A model generated the notes under the pieces. That model ran no database searches. It was not told where the DNA came from and was given only the letters and a program-made list of their open reading frames with translations. DNA of 62,916 nucleotides, the filler included, from Octopus bimaculoides (Eukaryota), in NCBI RefSeq assembly GCF_001194135.2. It is 7 parts of 7 records of this genome, joined end to end, with 100 filler letters (N's around TTAATTAATTAA, not from the genome) between each part and the next. Parts side by side here need not be neighbours in the genome. Positions count along the whole stretch, not along the records: positions 31,599 to 39,400 come from NC_068994.1; positions 39,501 to 57,729 come from NC_069006.1; 5 more parts are not named here. The stretch is one strand, 5' to 3'. The position numbers and the translations under genes were made by a program. Below are positions 38,336 to 51,889 of this stretch, in pieces (the stretch's first letter is position 1; every line of letters starts with the position of its first letter).

Positions 38336-38550
38336 GCCATTTCGAGCCTGACTGGCCTACGTGCCGGTGGCACGTAAAAGCACCCACTACACTCGTGGTG
38401 TGGTTGGCGTTAGGAAGGGCATCCAGCTGTAGAAACTCTGCCAAATCAGATTGGAGCCTGGTGTAGCTACCTGGTCCACCAGTCCTCAGTTAAATCGTCC
38501 AACCCATGCTAGCATGGAAAGTGAACGTTAAACGACGATGATGATGATAA
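38335..38550 (+). mobile_element. GAT-tailed retroposon family D
   Basis: ggttggcgttaggaagggcatccagctgtagaaactctgccaaatcag...gttaaacgacgatgatgatgat. Confidence 0.8.
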
Positions 38551-38736
38551 TTCAGGATCATTGTGCTAATAATAAACACATATACTAATTCTGTTTTCTT
38601 TAGTTTTTGTCAGTTGGTTAACCATTTAACTACTTAACTATGATTGTTTAATTAACTGTATGGCCAAACACATCTAGAATGTATAAAAGCAAAATACATT
38701 TGTGTGTGTGTGGTGTTTGTAAATATGTGTGTGTAC

Positions 38737-38785
<49 letters not shown>

Positions 38786-38860
38786 GGTTGGGCAGTTTGA
38801 CCAAGACTGGAAGGTTGCATCAGACTCCAGTCTGATTCGCATGATTTTTATGGCTGGATG

Positions 38861-38889
<29 letters not shown>

Positions 38890-38896
<7 letters not shown>

Positions 38897-39175
38897 AAAA
38901 GTGGTAAGAGCAGCCATTTTGAATAGACCAATAGGCGGTCATCAAGAGAGGGTTGAGTGTCAAAGAGTTGAGAGTCGAGAGTTCTAGTTGGTGTCTAGTA
39001 AAGCTATCAGTGATAGTAAGACCGAAGAAGTTAGTGTATTACTATTCCAGTACAAAGAGATACAATGGTATCCAATGACTTGTAACTATTGTAGCTACTA
39101 TTGTGCGTAAAACAGCAACTGCAGTACAACAGTAGTCACACATCACACCAGTGGGAGGAACCCACTTTACAACAT
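38890..39175. mobile_element. possible solo LTR
   Basis: ~290-bp non-repetitive block starting tagtaaaa and ending ttacaaca. No PBS, PPT or TSD confirmed. Confidence 0.2.
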
Positions 39176-39400
39176 CATCATCATCATCATCATCATCGTT
39201 TAACGTCCGCTTTCCATGCTAGCATGGGTTGGACGATTTGACTGAGGACTGGTGAAACCGGATGGCAACACCAGGCTCCAGTCTGATTTGGCAGAGTTTC
39301 TACAGCTGGATGCCCTTCCTAACGCCAACCACTCAGAGAGTGTAGTGGGTGCTTTTACGTGTCACCCGCACGAAAACGGCCACGCTCGAAATGGTGTCTT
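39176..39400 (-). mobile_element. GAT-tailed retroposon family D
   Basis: Reverse complement of 38335-38550, with (CAT)n on the plus strand. Confidence 0.8.
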
Positions 39401-39579
39401 NNNNNNNNNNNNNNNNNNNNNNNNNNNNNNNNNNNNNNNNNNNNTTAATTAATTAANNNNNNNNNNNNNNNNNNNNNNNNNNNNNNNNNNNNNNNNNNNN
39501 AGAGAAAGAGAGAGAGATATAGACAGACAAACAGATAGACAGATAGATAGATAGATAGGTAGATAGGTAGATAGGTAGG

Positions 39580-39622
<43 letters not shown>

Positions 39623-39687
39623 GTAGATATATAGACAGATAGGTAGATATATAGACAGATAGATAGATAGGTAGATAGGTAGATAGG

Positions 39688-39726
<39 letters not shown>

Positions 39727-40295
39727 GTAGGTAGGTAGGTAGGNNNNNNNNNNAGAAAGAGAGAGAGAGATAGACAGACAAACAGATAGACAGATAGATA
39801 GATAGATAGATAGATAGATTGGAAAATTTTGCAGGTATAGTTATTCTTTGATAAAAAAAAATCTCTTTGGCGAATTCCAATACAGAAAACCTGTTGTGTA
39901 AACCTATAAAAGTACAAATACTTGTCTGTATGTGAAAAACAGCGGATGGTTATTAGTAAACAGGATGAAGGCTTATTTGCATTGTTAGTCTGTAGAAAAA
40001 TTAATAATACGACAAATATCTGAATAATTTGTGTCGAAATGAATTTATTTGGTAGGTGTGGTTAATGATTGCGGATATAAATAGCTCGTATTGTGCTTTT
40101 ACTCAACTGTATTCCATTATTATTTGAGTAGTTTTATTAAACTGGTTATTGTTTCTTGTCCGTATATGGGTGAGTGCTGGAAGTGACAATTTGTTCCCTG
40201 AATACTGCATCATGTAGTGAGGGTTGTTGGTAGCATGTATTTTGGTGTGTGTGTGTGTATGTGTGTACATCATATATACATATATATAATATATA

Positions 40296-40336
<41 letters not shown>

Positions 40337-40797
40337 NNNNNNNNNNNNNNNNNNNNNNNNNNNNNNNNNNNNNNNNNNNNNNNNNNNNNNNNNNNNNNNN
40401 NNNNNNNNNNNNNNNNNNNNNNNNNNNNNNNNNNNNNNNNNNNNNNNNNNNNNNNNNNNNNNNNNNNNNNNNNNNNNNNNNNNNNNNNNNNNNNNNNNNN
40501 NNNNNNNNNNNNNNNNNNNNNNNNNNNNNNNNNNNNNNNNNNNNNNNNNNNNNNNNNNNNNNNNNNNNNNNNNNNNNNNNNNNNNNNNNNNNNNNNNNNN
40601 NNNNNNNNNNNNNNNNNNNNNNNNNNNNNNNNNNNNNNNNNNNNNNNNNNNNNNNNNNNNNNNNNNNNNNNNNNNNNNNNNNNNNNNNNNNNNNNNNNNN
40701 NNNNNNNNNNNNNNNNNNNNNNNNNNNNNNNNNNNNNNNNNNNNNNNNNNNNNNNNNNNNNNNNNNNNNNNNNNNNNNNNNNNNNNNNNNNNNNNNN

Positions 40798-40838
<41 letters not shown>

Positions 40839-42721
40839 ATACTCGTGTTATCTGGAAAGGGATAATGTTAAATGGACACAAGCTGGGGCTTGATTAGCCT
40901 TGACTAGATCACCCGGGTGAAGTTATCTGATTGCTGAATGCTCGAAATATCCAACGACCCCAGGAGTTTTCTCGTGTATCCAAATGCATCACAGGTCGAC
41001 GTATGGAAAAATACACATGCACGCACACACAAACATATGCATACAAGCACGCATGCCCACACATATACACATATAGTCATCAATTTTGTTTGAAACTCTT
41101 TAAAGTGCTTGTTGGAGATATAGTGAAGTTGCCAACGAAACAATGTTACATTTATATTTTATATTCCAATATTTTTGGTTGAAATGCCCTTTATCATTAG
41201 AAAATTGAGCATAGTGACGAACTGGCATCTTTTGAACAGACATATGTGAAGATGTCGCAACATACTAATCTACTTAATCTAGTTATATTCTATTTAAATA
41301 GATGAATTAATACAAATATTCTGTTTGTGAATTGTGCTTCTAGTGTAGGACCCGCTACGTTTATTGCAAGCTATTTGGTACACAACGTAAGCCTTCGTTA
41401 ATGGGACAACTGGTTAGTGTGCACATATAGGACACTAATATTGTTGCCCGTTGGACGATTCCCTCACAGAAACCTCTTTAGTGTGAGACCAGGATGTATC
41501 GTCTGTATGCTCAATCCCTTTTGCAAGGCACTTGATAGATTGCAGCAGAAATTGTGTCTTCAAAATGCTGCAGCTTTAGAAGCACCTACTATCTCTGGAG
41601 TTATGCTGGTAGATCTTGGTAAAACAAAAACGTGGGTTACTATTATCCAAAAGAGCCTTTTGGAACTCCTCAGTTCTGTTTTCAGTCCTATAATTTCCAA
41701 CTTGCTTCATAATGGCTTTCTAAAACAATTTTAACAACTCTTTTAGCAATACTTCATCCAGACACCATTACTTTTATATCATCAAGCCTGAAGCAGGTTC
41801 ACTTTTCTTTCATGTTGAATTTATATAATCTATTAGAGAAAGAAACGAGCAAAGATACACTGACGGATTACATTCTCAAAACATTGCGAGAAATATGTAA
41901 TGTATGTAAACGAAATATCTTATGCATAGTTGAAATACGTGTTGTATAGGTGAAATACGTAATGTCACCTGATACAATTCCTGTTAAGGTACAAAATGTT
42001 ATGAGATATCTATGAGGTAGCAATGGCGACAAAATACTACGACGTAATTTAAACGAAGAAACATAACAAACAAGTAAGATAGGCGCATTATGAAACTATA
42101 ACAACACGCTTCAATGTCCGCCACTTTTATTAGGGTAATCTTATCCAGGGTATGTAATATAAAAAATGAGGTCAATTTTTTGAGATTATAACGAGGTACT
42201 CAGTATTCTCAGAGAATCTTAACTAGGGTGTATATCTATTAATGTACTAATAACGTATATGAAAGACTAAAGGAGTACCTTAAATCAGAACCTGGTATAA
42301 GAAATTGTATTCTAAGCCAGGGTATACACAGATACCCCAAAAGTAAATAGACAGCCTTCTTTATACTGTTTTAGCAGTGCCGTCACTACTCATTACTATG
42401 ATGCCCAAAATATTTACTAAATATTAGATTAAGTATCTAGATTCATCAAATGACATTGTTTTGCTTCTAGAAATAAATTTTTCCAAAACGATGGTGTCTA
42501 TTTATGTACATACTTACATGTGCATATGTGGGCACAGGTTGTTACAAAACGTAAACAACAACAAAAAAATACGAAGTACGAGGACATGGAAATTGAACTT
42601 TTTTTGCGAACAACGAAAGAAACAAATGGAAAACAAGACAAACAACACAAAGAACGACCCTTCATCAGTTGTCGGCTGCTTTTCTAAACCGTATTTCGAG
42701 CATTTCACAACTATATATATA

Positions 42722-42868
42722 TAATCTGTATGTTTTCGTCTACCAAATCCACTCACAAGGCTTTGGTTGACCCGAGGCTAAAGTTGAAGGCACTTGCCCA
42801 AGGTGCCACGTAGTGGGATTGAACTCAAGAACCATGTGGTTGGGAAGCAAGCTTCTTACTCCATAACC
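42722..42868 (-). mobile_element. SINE family A 5' half abutting the left edge of the 27-bp array
   Basis: ctaccaaatccactcacaaggctttggttgacccgaggcta...cacttgcccaaggtgccacgtagtggg. Confidence 0.8.
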
Positions 42869-42869
42869 A

Positions 42870-45800
42870 CGACTTCAGTACTTCAATATTTCCTCTGACC
42901 ATGAGCAGCTCATTATAACCCCTGACCTCTAGTACCTCATTAAAATCCCTAGCCTTGGATACTTCATCATAACTGATGGGTTTGGCTATGTTACTATCAC
43001 TTTTGGTCTGTATTCAAAATAATGTAGTATTTTGTGTACCTCAGTACAGCTACTGACCTTTCAGTACCTCACTATAATGTCTGGCCTCGAGTCCTTTACT
43101 ATAGCTATCGACCTTCAGTACCACATTATAAAATCTGATCTCGAGCAACTAACTATAACTACTGGCCTTGAGTACTTCACTATCTTCTTTGACTCTGAGC
43201 ACCTCAACAGGTACTTTCAGTACCTTACTCTACCTCCTAGCCTTAGCATTTCAATATAATATTTCAACTTGGGTACCTCACTATAAACTCATACTGTGTA
43301 ACTCGCTATAACTTGATAGACTCAGTAAAACCTCTGGCCGCGATTGACTCGTCTTAATCTCTGACTTTCAGTGACTCATTAGAACTTTTGGCCCTGAGTG
43401 ATTCCTTGTGACCTCAGGCCTTGAATGCTTCCGCATAACTCCTGACCTTCAATGATTCATTATAACCTCTGGCCTTGAGTACTTCACTATCTTCTCTGCC
43501 CCTGAGCACCTCAATATAAACCATGACCTTAAGTACTTCACTATATCTGCTGGCTTTAGTACTTCAATACAATCTCTTAACTTGGGTACCTCACCCTAAA
43601 CTCTGACATTGAGTACCTTCGCTATAATCTCTGGCCTTGAGTACCACACTAAAATCCCTGGCCATGAGTACCTCATTATGTGTCCTGATCTCGTGTAACT
43701 AACTATAACTACTGACCTTGAGTACCTCACTATCTTCTCTGACCAAAGGTACCTGTATATAAGCCGTGAGCTTCAGTTCTTACCCATAAAACTACTGACC
43801 CTCAGTACATCATTATAACCCCTTGTCTGGAGTACCAAACAATATAATAGCTGACCTTCAGAATCTCATTATATTCTCTGCTGTTGCTGAGACTCAGAAC
43901 GTCCATATAAATGCTGGCGTTCGAGGTTTCAATGTATACCCTTGCTGTTAACGCGTTATTAAAACCCTTGTTTTCAGAACCTCAGGATGTTGCCCCTAAC
44001 TATGAGTACTTCGAATTAACCTCCGACCTTGAGTACATTATAATAACCTTAGGCCATGGTTATATCACTAAAACTTCTAGATTTGTGCATTTTACTATAA
44101 CTTCCCTTGTTGAGTGTAACAGTATAACTGTGGGCCTTTAGTGTCTTACAAGGATTTCTGATCTTGAGTATCTTAATACCTCTGGCCTTAAGCATGTCAA
44201 CATACAACCAGGCTTTGAGTGCCTCACTATAACCTCTGACTTTCAGTACTTTATTCTAAATGCTGGCCTTGAGTAACATGTCACAACCCCTGGCTTTGAT
44301 AGACTCAGTAAAACCTCTGGCCGCGATTGACTCGTCTTAATCTCTGACTTTGAGTGACTCATTAGAACTTTTGGTCCTGAATGATTCCTTGTGACCCCAG
44401 GCCTTGAATACTTCCGCATAACTTCTGAACTTTAATGATTCATCATAACCTCTGGCCTTGAGTGAATCATCATGATATCTGGCCTTCAATGACGCATTAT
44501 AACCTCTATTTTTGAGTGACTCATTATAACCACTGGCCTTGAGTACCTCCGTATAACCTCTGGCCTTGAGTGACTCGTCATAATATCTGGCCTTCAGTGA
44601 CTCACTATAATCTCTAGCCTTGAGTGGCTCATTACAACCTCTGGCTTTCAGTGACTCTTTATAACCTCTGGCCTTGTGTACCTCTCTATAACCTTTGGTC
44701 TTCAATGACACATTATATCCTCTGGCTTTGGGTGACTCGTTATAACCTCTGGCCTTGAGTGACTCTTTATATATCCGCTGGCCTTGAGTACATCTGTATG
44801 ACCTCTGGTCCTCAGTGACTCATTATAACCTCTGGCTTTGGGTGACTTGTTATAATCTCTGGCCTTGAGTGACTCGTCATAATATCTGGCCTTGTGTGAT
44901 TCATTATAACCTCTAGCCTCGAGTGACTCATTATTACCTCTAGCCTTGAGTGACTCATTATAACTTCTAGCCTCGAGTGACTCATTATAACCTCTAGCCT
45001 TGAGTGACTCATTATAACCTCTAGCCTCTAGCTTTTAGTACCTCAGCATAACCTCTGGCCTTGTGTACTTCTCTACAACCTTTGGGTGACTCGTTATAAC
45101 CTCTGGCCTTGAGTGACTCTTTATATCCGCTGGCCTTGAGTACATCTGTATGATCTCTGGTCTTCAGTGACTCGTTATAACCTCTGGCTTTGGTTGACTT
45201 GCTATAATCTCTGGCCTTGAGTGATTCTTTATGTCCGCTGGCCTTGAGCATCTCAGTATAACCTCTGGCCTTGAATGACTCGTCATAATATCTGGCCTTG
45301 AGTGACTCATAACCTCCGTCCTTGAGTACTTCCGTATAAGCTCGGGCCTTCAGTGGCTCATCATAACCTCTAGCCTTCAGTGACTCGTTATAACCTCTGG
45401 CCTTGAGTGACTCGTCATAATATCTAGCCTTCAGTGAATCATTATAACCTCAAGCCTTGAGTGACACATTATAACCTCTGGACTTGAGTACCTCAGCATA
45501 ACCTCTGGCCTTGAAGACTTCATTATGAAGTCTGGCCTTGAGCATCACATCAAACTCTCTGACCTAGAGTACTTCATTATAATATCTGGCCTTGAGTGGC
45601 ACATTGAAACCTCTGGCCTCGAGGACTTCACTCTAACCTTTGGTCTTGAGTACCTCCAGCTTTGATTATCTATTTTAAAACATCTGGCCTTGAATGTCTC
45701 ATTAATAGGTTTGGCCTCGAACAGCTTAGCATAATCTCTGACTTTAAATACCATAACCTCTGGCCTCGAGTACTACTTTATGAACTGTGGACTTGAGTAC

Positions 45801-48800
45801 CTCATTGTAAGGTCTAGCTTTGACTATCACAATTTACTATCGGAGCTGGAGTCCTTCAGTATAATATCAGGCCTTGAGTTCCTTACAATTATCTCTGATC
45901 TGGAGAACGTAACTTTAAACTTTAGTTTGATACCTTATCATAACTTGTGGTAATGAAAAACTAATCAGAATCCCTGACCTTCAATGCCATACGATATACT
46001 TCTGGCCTTCAGTACCCTGTGAAAATATCTGGTATTGCATACTTCACTATAACTTCTGGTTTGTGTACTTTGTTTAAGACTGGCATCGAGTACTGCATTA
46101 TAAGTTTGGCTTTGAATATCTCACTGCAACTCCTGGCTTTGAGTTACTCACTTTAAGTTTTGATCAAGAACTCTTTACCAAAACCTCTGGGCATGTTTAC
46201 CGTAATAAAATCTCAGTCCTTGAGTACCTCATTTTAAGGTACTCAAGTACCTTGAGAACCTCAGAACATTCGTGCATCACTATAAGATCTGGCCTCAAGA
46301 ACTTATTATAAGTTTTGATTCGGAGTACTTCATTTTAACCTCTGGCTTTGAGTACCTCAATTTCAGCTCTGTTTTTGGGACTTTATTTTAAGCTCTGGCC
46401 TTGAGTATTTCAGTTTCAGCTCTGGCCTTGAGTACCTCAATTGTAGCTCTGGCTGTAAGTACCTCATCTTAAGTTCTGTTTTTGAGACTTTATTTTAAGC
46501 CTTGGCTTTGAATACTTTATTTAACGCCCTGGCCTGGAATATTTCAATTTCAGTTCTGACTTTGAGTACCACATCTTACTTTGAACTTGGACACCATATG
46601 AAACGCTCTTATTCTAATGACAACAGTATAAGGTCAGGCCTTGGAGACCGCTTTATAAACTCTGGCCTTGAGTACTTCATTATAAGCTCTGGCTTGGAGT
46701 ATCACCTTATAATCTCTAGCCGTGAGTACTCAACTAAAATAACTGGTCTTGAGTACCTTACATTAACATCTGGCTTTGAACACCATGCCCTAAACTCCGT
46801 TTGATTACCTCACTATAGCCTTGTTTACCTCAGTATAAGTTCTGGCTTTGAGTACCTCATTTTAAGAACAGGATCTCAGTAACTTCTGGCTGTGAAGACC
46901 TCAGTATAAGCACAAACATTGACTACTTCATTTTAGTCTCTGACTTTGAGTACCTCGTTTTAAGCTCTGGCCTCGAGTACCTTAGTATAACCGCTGGCCT
47001 TGAAAACTTCAATTTAAGATCTGGTCTGTATAAGGTCTGGTTTTGGATACTACATTATACTTCTTAACTTAAATACTCCTTTATAACCACTGGTCAATAA
47101 CTTTATAAACTCTGGCATGTAGTACCTCATTATACGCCCTGGCTTTCAATACTACATTGTATCCTCCGGCTTTAATATCTGGACTTGAATATCTCACTAT
47201 AATATCTGGCCTTGAGTATCTCAGTTGCCACTAACCATGTGAATTTCGCTCCCGAGTACCTCATCATAACTTTTAACCTTGAGTATCTCATTAAAGCGCC
47301 CAGCCTTGAATATTTCATTATAATCTCTGGTATGAGTACCTCATTAAAAGGTTTAGTCTTGAGTGCCAATTTGTAAGCTCTGGCCATGAGTACCTCATTT
47401 CAAGCTTAGACTTTGAGTACAGTACGTTACCTCACTTCGACCCCTGCACTTGAGTATTCCAAGTAATGAAGCACTCAAGTGTAAAGTCTACACTTGAGTA
47501 CCTCATTAGAGACTTTGAGTTGGAGCACCTTACTGTATTATCCGTCTTCAGTATTTCACTATAACGTCTAGCTTTGAGTACTTCACTCCAGCTCTTGGCC
47601 TTGCATTTTTCATTATAACTTATGATCTTGAGTATTTCTTTAAAATGTCTGGCTTTCAGTACCCCACTATATCCTTTCACTTTGAGTACCTTATTAACAA
47701 CTCTGCCTTGAGGACCTGGTTATAACTGCTGCTTTTGAGTACCTCAGTATAGTAGTCTTGAGTGGCTCAGTTTAAAATATAAGTTTGAGTACTAGACTTC
47801 TGACCTTGAGTGACTCAGCATAACTTCTGGCCTCGAGTGACTCATAATAATCTCAGGCCTTGAGTAACTCGTTATAATCTCTGACTTTGAGCGACCCATT
47901 ATAATCTCTGGCCTTGAGTACCTATGTATAACCTCTGGCCTTGAGTGACTCATCATAACCTCTGTCTTTGAGTGACACACTATAAGCTCCGGCCTTGATA
48001 GACTCCGTATAACATCTGGCCTTGAGTGACTCATAAAAACCTCAGTGATTCGGCATAACCTCTGACTTAAATACCTCTATATAGCCTCTGGCTTTGAGTG
48101 ATTCGTTATAATCACTATCTTTAAGTGACTCATTAAAAGATCTGTTTTTGAGTAACTCCTTATAATCCGTGGCTTTGAGTGGCTCCTTATAACCTCTGGC
48201 CTTGAGTGACTCGTCATAACCTCTGGCCTTGCGTACCTCCATATAACATCTGTCTGAGTAACTCATTATAATCGCTGCTCTTAAGCGACTCATTAAAGCC
48301 TCTGGCTTTGAGTGACTCCTTATAACCCCTGGCATTAAGTACCACTTTATTACCGCTGGTTTTGAGTAGCTCCGTAGAGCCTATGGCTTTGAGTGACTCG
48401 TTATAACCTCTGGCTTTGAGTATCTACGTATAACCTCTGGCTTTCAATGGCTCATTATAAACTTTGACCTTGAGTGACACGTCATAACCTCTGGCTTTGT
48501 GTTCCTTCATACAGAATTTGCCCTTGAGTGTTTCATAACCTCTGGTCTTGAGTAACTTATTATAACCTCTGGCCTTGAGTGACTCATTATTATCTCCGGC
48601 GTTAGTGACTTGTTAAAACATCTGGCCTTGAATAACTCGTCACAACTTCTGACTTTGAGTATCTCCATACAACCTCTGGCTTTGAGTGACTCGTCATAAT
48701 CTCTAGCCTTGAGTGAGTCATTAGAATATTTGTCTTTGAGTGACTTATTACCTGGGACCTTGAGTACCTCCGTATAACCTCTGGCCTTGAATGATTCACT

Positions 48801-49340
48801 ATAATCTCTGGCTTTGAGTAACTTATTATAAACCCAGACCTTGGGCAACTCAATATTATCTCCGGTGTTGAGTGACTCCTTGAAACATCTGGCTTTGAGC
48901 GACTCATCATAATCTGATTCATTATAACCTCTGGCCTTGAGTGACTCATTATAAATTCCTGTCCTAAGTATGATATTATAAGTTGAGTTTTTCAGTAGCT
49001 CATTATAACCTCTGGCCTTGAGTGACTCATTACAACCTCCGGCCTTGAGTGACCCATCATATGTTCTTGTTCTTAATAAAACATTATTAGCTCGATCTTT
49101 GAGTACGTCATTATAAAGGATGGCCTTGAGTACCTCACATTAACCTCTAGTTAGGTATACTTTTAGATCATTTCTGGCCTCGAGTATATCAATATAATAT
49201 CTTGCCTTCAGTGACTCATTTACCTTCTGACATTAAATATGTCATTGTTATCTCAAGGCTTGATTATCTCCAGGATTTTAATCTGCTTCTGAGCACCTCA
49301 TTATAGTTTCTGATCTCACATAATCCTTTAACTCTATCTT
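42870..49340. repeat. degenerate 27-bp tandem array 1 (main block, roughly 240 units)
   Basis: Plus-strand unit GAGTGACTCATTATAACCTCTGGCCTT, or variant GAGTACCTCACTATAACCTCTGGCCTT. The cleanest run is 44900-45025. It produces the 9-aa periodic ORFs KARGYNESL and MSHSRPEVI. Confidence 0.9.
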
Positions 49341-49877
49341 TAGATATCTCCCTGTCCTCTTCGGCCTTTTGTCTGTGTCTTTAACCCCCATTCACCGCCC
49401 TCCTTGATCACGTTTACAGATACGTCGGGTCCCCGGTACCGCTCTTTACTTGGGAGGTAAAAAAAAGAACAGTAATCATAACGTCGCACTGAAGGTCGAA
49501 GGTTAAAAAAACAGTAGGCCGGATGTTATCTCGAGCGACTGACAACAGCAAACTCAAACATTATATTAAGCTACACAAGATCTGAGATTGTAATAAGGCA
49601 TTCAAGAGATTTTAATAAGGTATTTTCTAAACTCTAGCTTTACATATCTTACTAAAGAACCTGGCATTGTATTCCCCAGTTGCAAATTCTATGGTTTTAT
49701 GTGGCTCATGTAGTTTTGGGCTTTCGATATCTTGCTCTAATGTCTAGCCTTGGCTGCCCTTTTTTAAGTATGAGGCATTGGTACACTATTGTATTGTTAG
49801 GCTTCGTTACCCTAATACAATATCATGTTTTTCGATGCCATACTAAATTAGGGCCTCGTTAATATTTTCTAGCTCTA

Positions 49878-50040
49878 AGGTGGCGAGCCGGCAGAATCGT
49901 TGGCATGCAGGGCAAAATGCTTAGCGGAATTTCGTCCGTCATTAATTTCTGAGTTTAAATTGCGCCGCACTTGACCTTAGCTTTCATCTTTTCAGGGTCG
50001 ATAAATTAGGTACCAGTTGTGCACCAGGGTCGACGTAACG
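49878..50040 (+). mobile_element. SINE family B
   Basis: aaggtggcgagccggcagaatcgttggc...aaaatgcttagcgg...ggtcgataaattaggtaccagtt. Confidence 0.8.
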
Positions 50041-50054
50041 CTTTCGATAAATGC

Positions 50055-50620
50055 CTTCTGTTTTAGCCTCCGGCTGACCAAAGATCTGTGAGTGAATTTG
50101 GTTGACGAAACTGAAAGAAGCCCATATATATATATATATATATANNNNNNNNNNNNNNNNNNNNNNNNNNNNNNNNNNNNNNNNNNNNNNNNNNNNNNNN
50201 NNNNNNNNNNNNNNNNNNNNNNNNNNNNNNNNNNNNNNNNNNNNNNNNNNNNNNNNNNNNNNNNNNNNNNNNNNNNNNNNNNNNNNNNNNNNNNNNNNNN
50301 NNNNNNNNNNNNNNNNNNNNNNNNNNNNNNNNNNNNNNNNNNNNNNNNNNNNNNNNNNNNNNNNNNNNNNNNNNNNNNNNNNNNNNNNNNNNNNNNNNNN
50401 NNNNNNNNNNNNNNTATTTTACTTATTTCAGTTATTTGACTGCAGCCATGCTGGAACACCGCATTGCAGGGTTTGAATCGAGTAAATCGATACCAGGACT
50501 TTTTAAACCCTGGTACTTACTCTATCATTCTCTTTTGCTGAACTGCTAAGTTTGTGGGACGTAAACATACCAACATCGGTTGTCAAGCGGTGATGGGAGA
50601 GACGAACACAGACACAAAGA
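50055..50620. mobile_element. two SINE A halves in opposite orientation separated by a (TA)n gap (plus 50055-50125; minus 50415-50620)
   Basis: Homology to 34665-35085. Confidence 0.7.
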
Positions 50621-50824
50621 CCCCCCCCCATATATATATATACCCTCTTCCTTTGAACCAAGTTTTCTTCCATAGAACCGGCCGGATCCAGACTTTACAT
50701 GTATAAGTGAGTAAAACCTAATATAGCTGGAACCCTGACAGGTGGGACTACTCTGGGTCAGAACAGACATGAGAACAATAATGGTTACAAGGCGGTTCCA
50801 CATTTCTCGAAACACTGGTACTCT

Positions 50825-51830
50825 CTAATCTGCGTATAACTTCTGGCCTTGAGTGACTCATGAGCTCTGACTTTAAGTACCTCTTTATAATCTCTGGCTT
50901 TGAGTACCTACATACAGACTTTGGCTTTGAGTGACATAGTAATACCTCTGGCCTTGGGTGGCTCATTATAAACCCTGGCCTTGAGTATCTGCGTACAACT
51001 TCTGGCCTTGAGTAAGTCATTATAACCTCTGGCCTTAAGTAGCTCTTTACAACTCCTGGCTTCGTGTACCTTCATACAGACTTTGGCTTTGAGTGAGTCA
51101 TTATACCGTCTGGACTTGAGTATCTGCGTATAAACTCAGGCCTTGATAGAGTCATTATGATCTCTGGCCTTGACTATCTGCGTATAACCTCTGGCCTGGA
51201 GTGGCTCATAATAAACTCTGGTCTTAAGTAACTTATTATAACATCTGACCTTGAGTATCTACCGATGGCCTCAGGCCTTGACTGACTCATCATTACCTAT
51301 GGTTTTGGCTAACACACTATAACCTCTGACCTTGATAGAGTCATTATAACCCTTGGCCTTGACGGACTCGTTATAACGCCTGGATTTGAGTTCCTCCATA
51401 CAACCTTAGGCTTTGAGTGACTTATTATACCCTCTGGCCTTGAGTATCTGCTTATAACATTTGGCTTTGAGTGACTCACCATAACACCTGACCTTCATTG
51501 ACTCATCATAACCTCTGATTTTGAGTAACATACCATAACCTCTGGCCTTGATAGAGTGCTTATAACCTCTGGCCTTGTGTGACTCGTCATAACTTCTGGC
51601 CTTGTATACCTTCATACAGACTTTAGTTTTGAGTGACTCATTAAAGCCTCTGGCCTTCAGTGACTTATTATAACGCCTGGCTTTGAGTATCTACGCATAA
51701 CCTCAGGCGTTGAGTGATTCATCATAACCTCTGCCCATGTGTACTTCTAGTCTTGATAAACTCAGTATTATCACTGGCCTTGAGTGACTCGTCATAACCG
51801 CTGCCCATGTGTACCTCCATATAGCTCTCA
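50825..51830. repeat. 27-bp tandem array 1, right block (roughly 37 units)
   Basis: Same unit and orientation as 42870-49340. Confidence 0.9.
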
Positions 51831-51889
51831 AGTAAAGACACCTCAACTGAAAGCAGTTTAAAGACATGCCCAGAAAATTAGTGAGATAT

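Noticed and set aside
41417-41734. 105-aa plus-strand ORF in unique sequence
   Set aside because: No recognisable domain or convincing splice signals.
42600-42720. Repeat (also inverted at ~34560-34660) with gctcGAAA...CTGATGAaggg order suggesting a type II hammerhead
   Set aside because: Stems I and III cannot be formed convincingly, and the second copy lacks the core.
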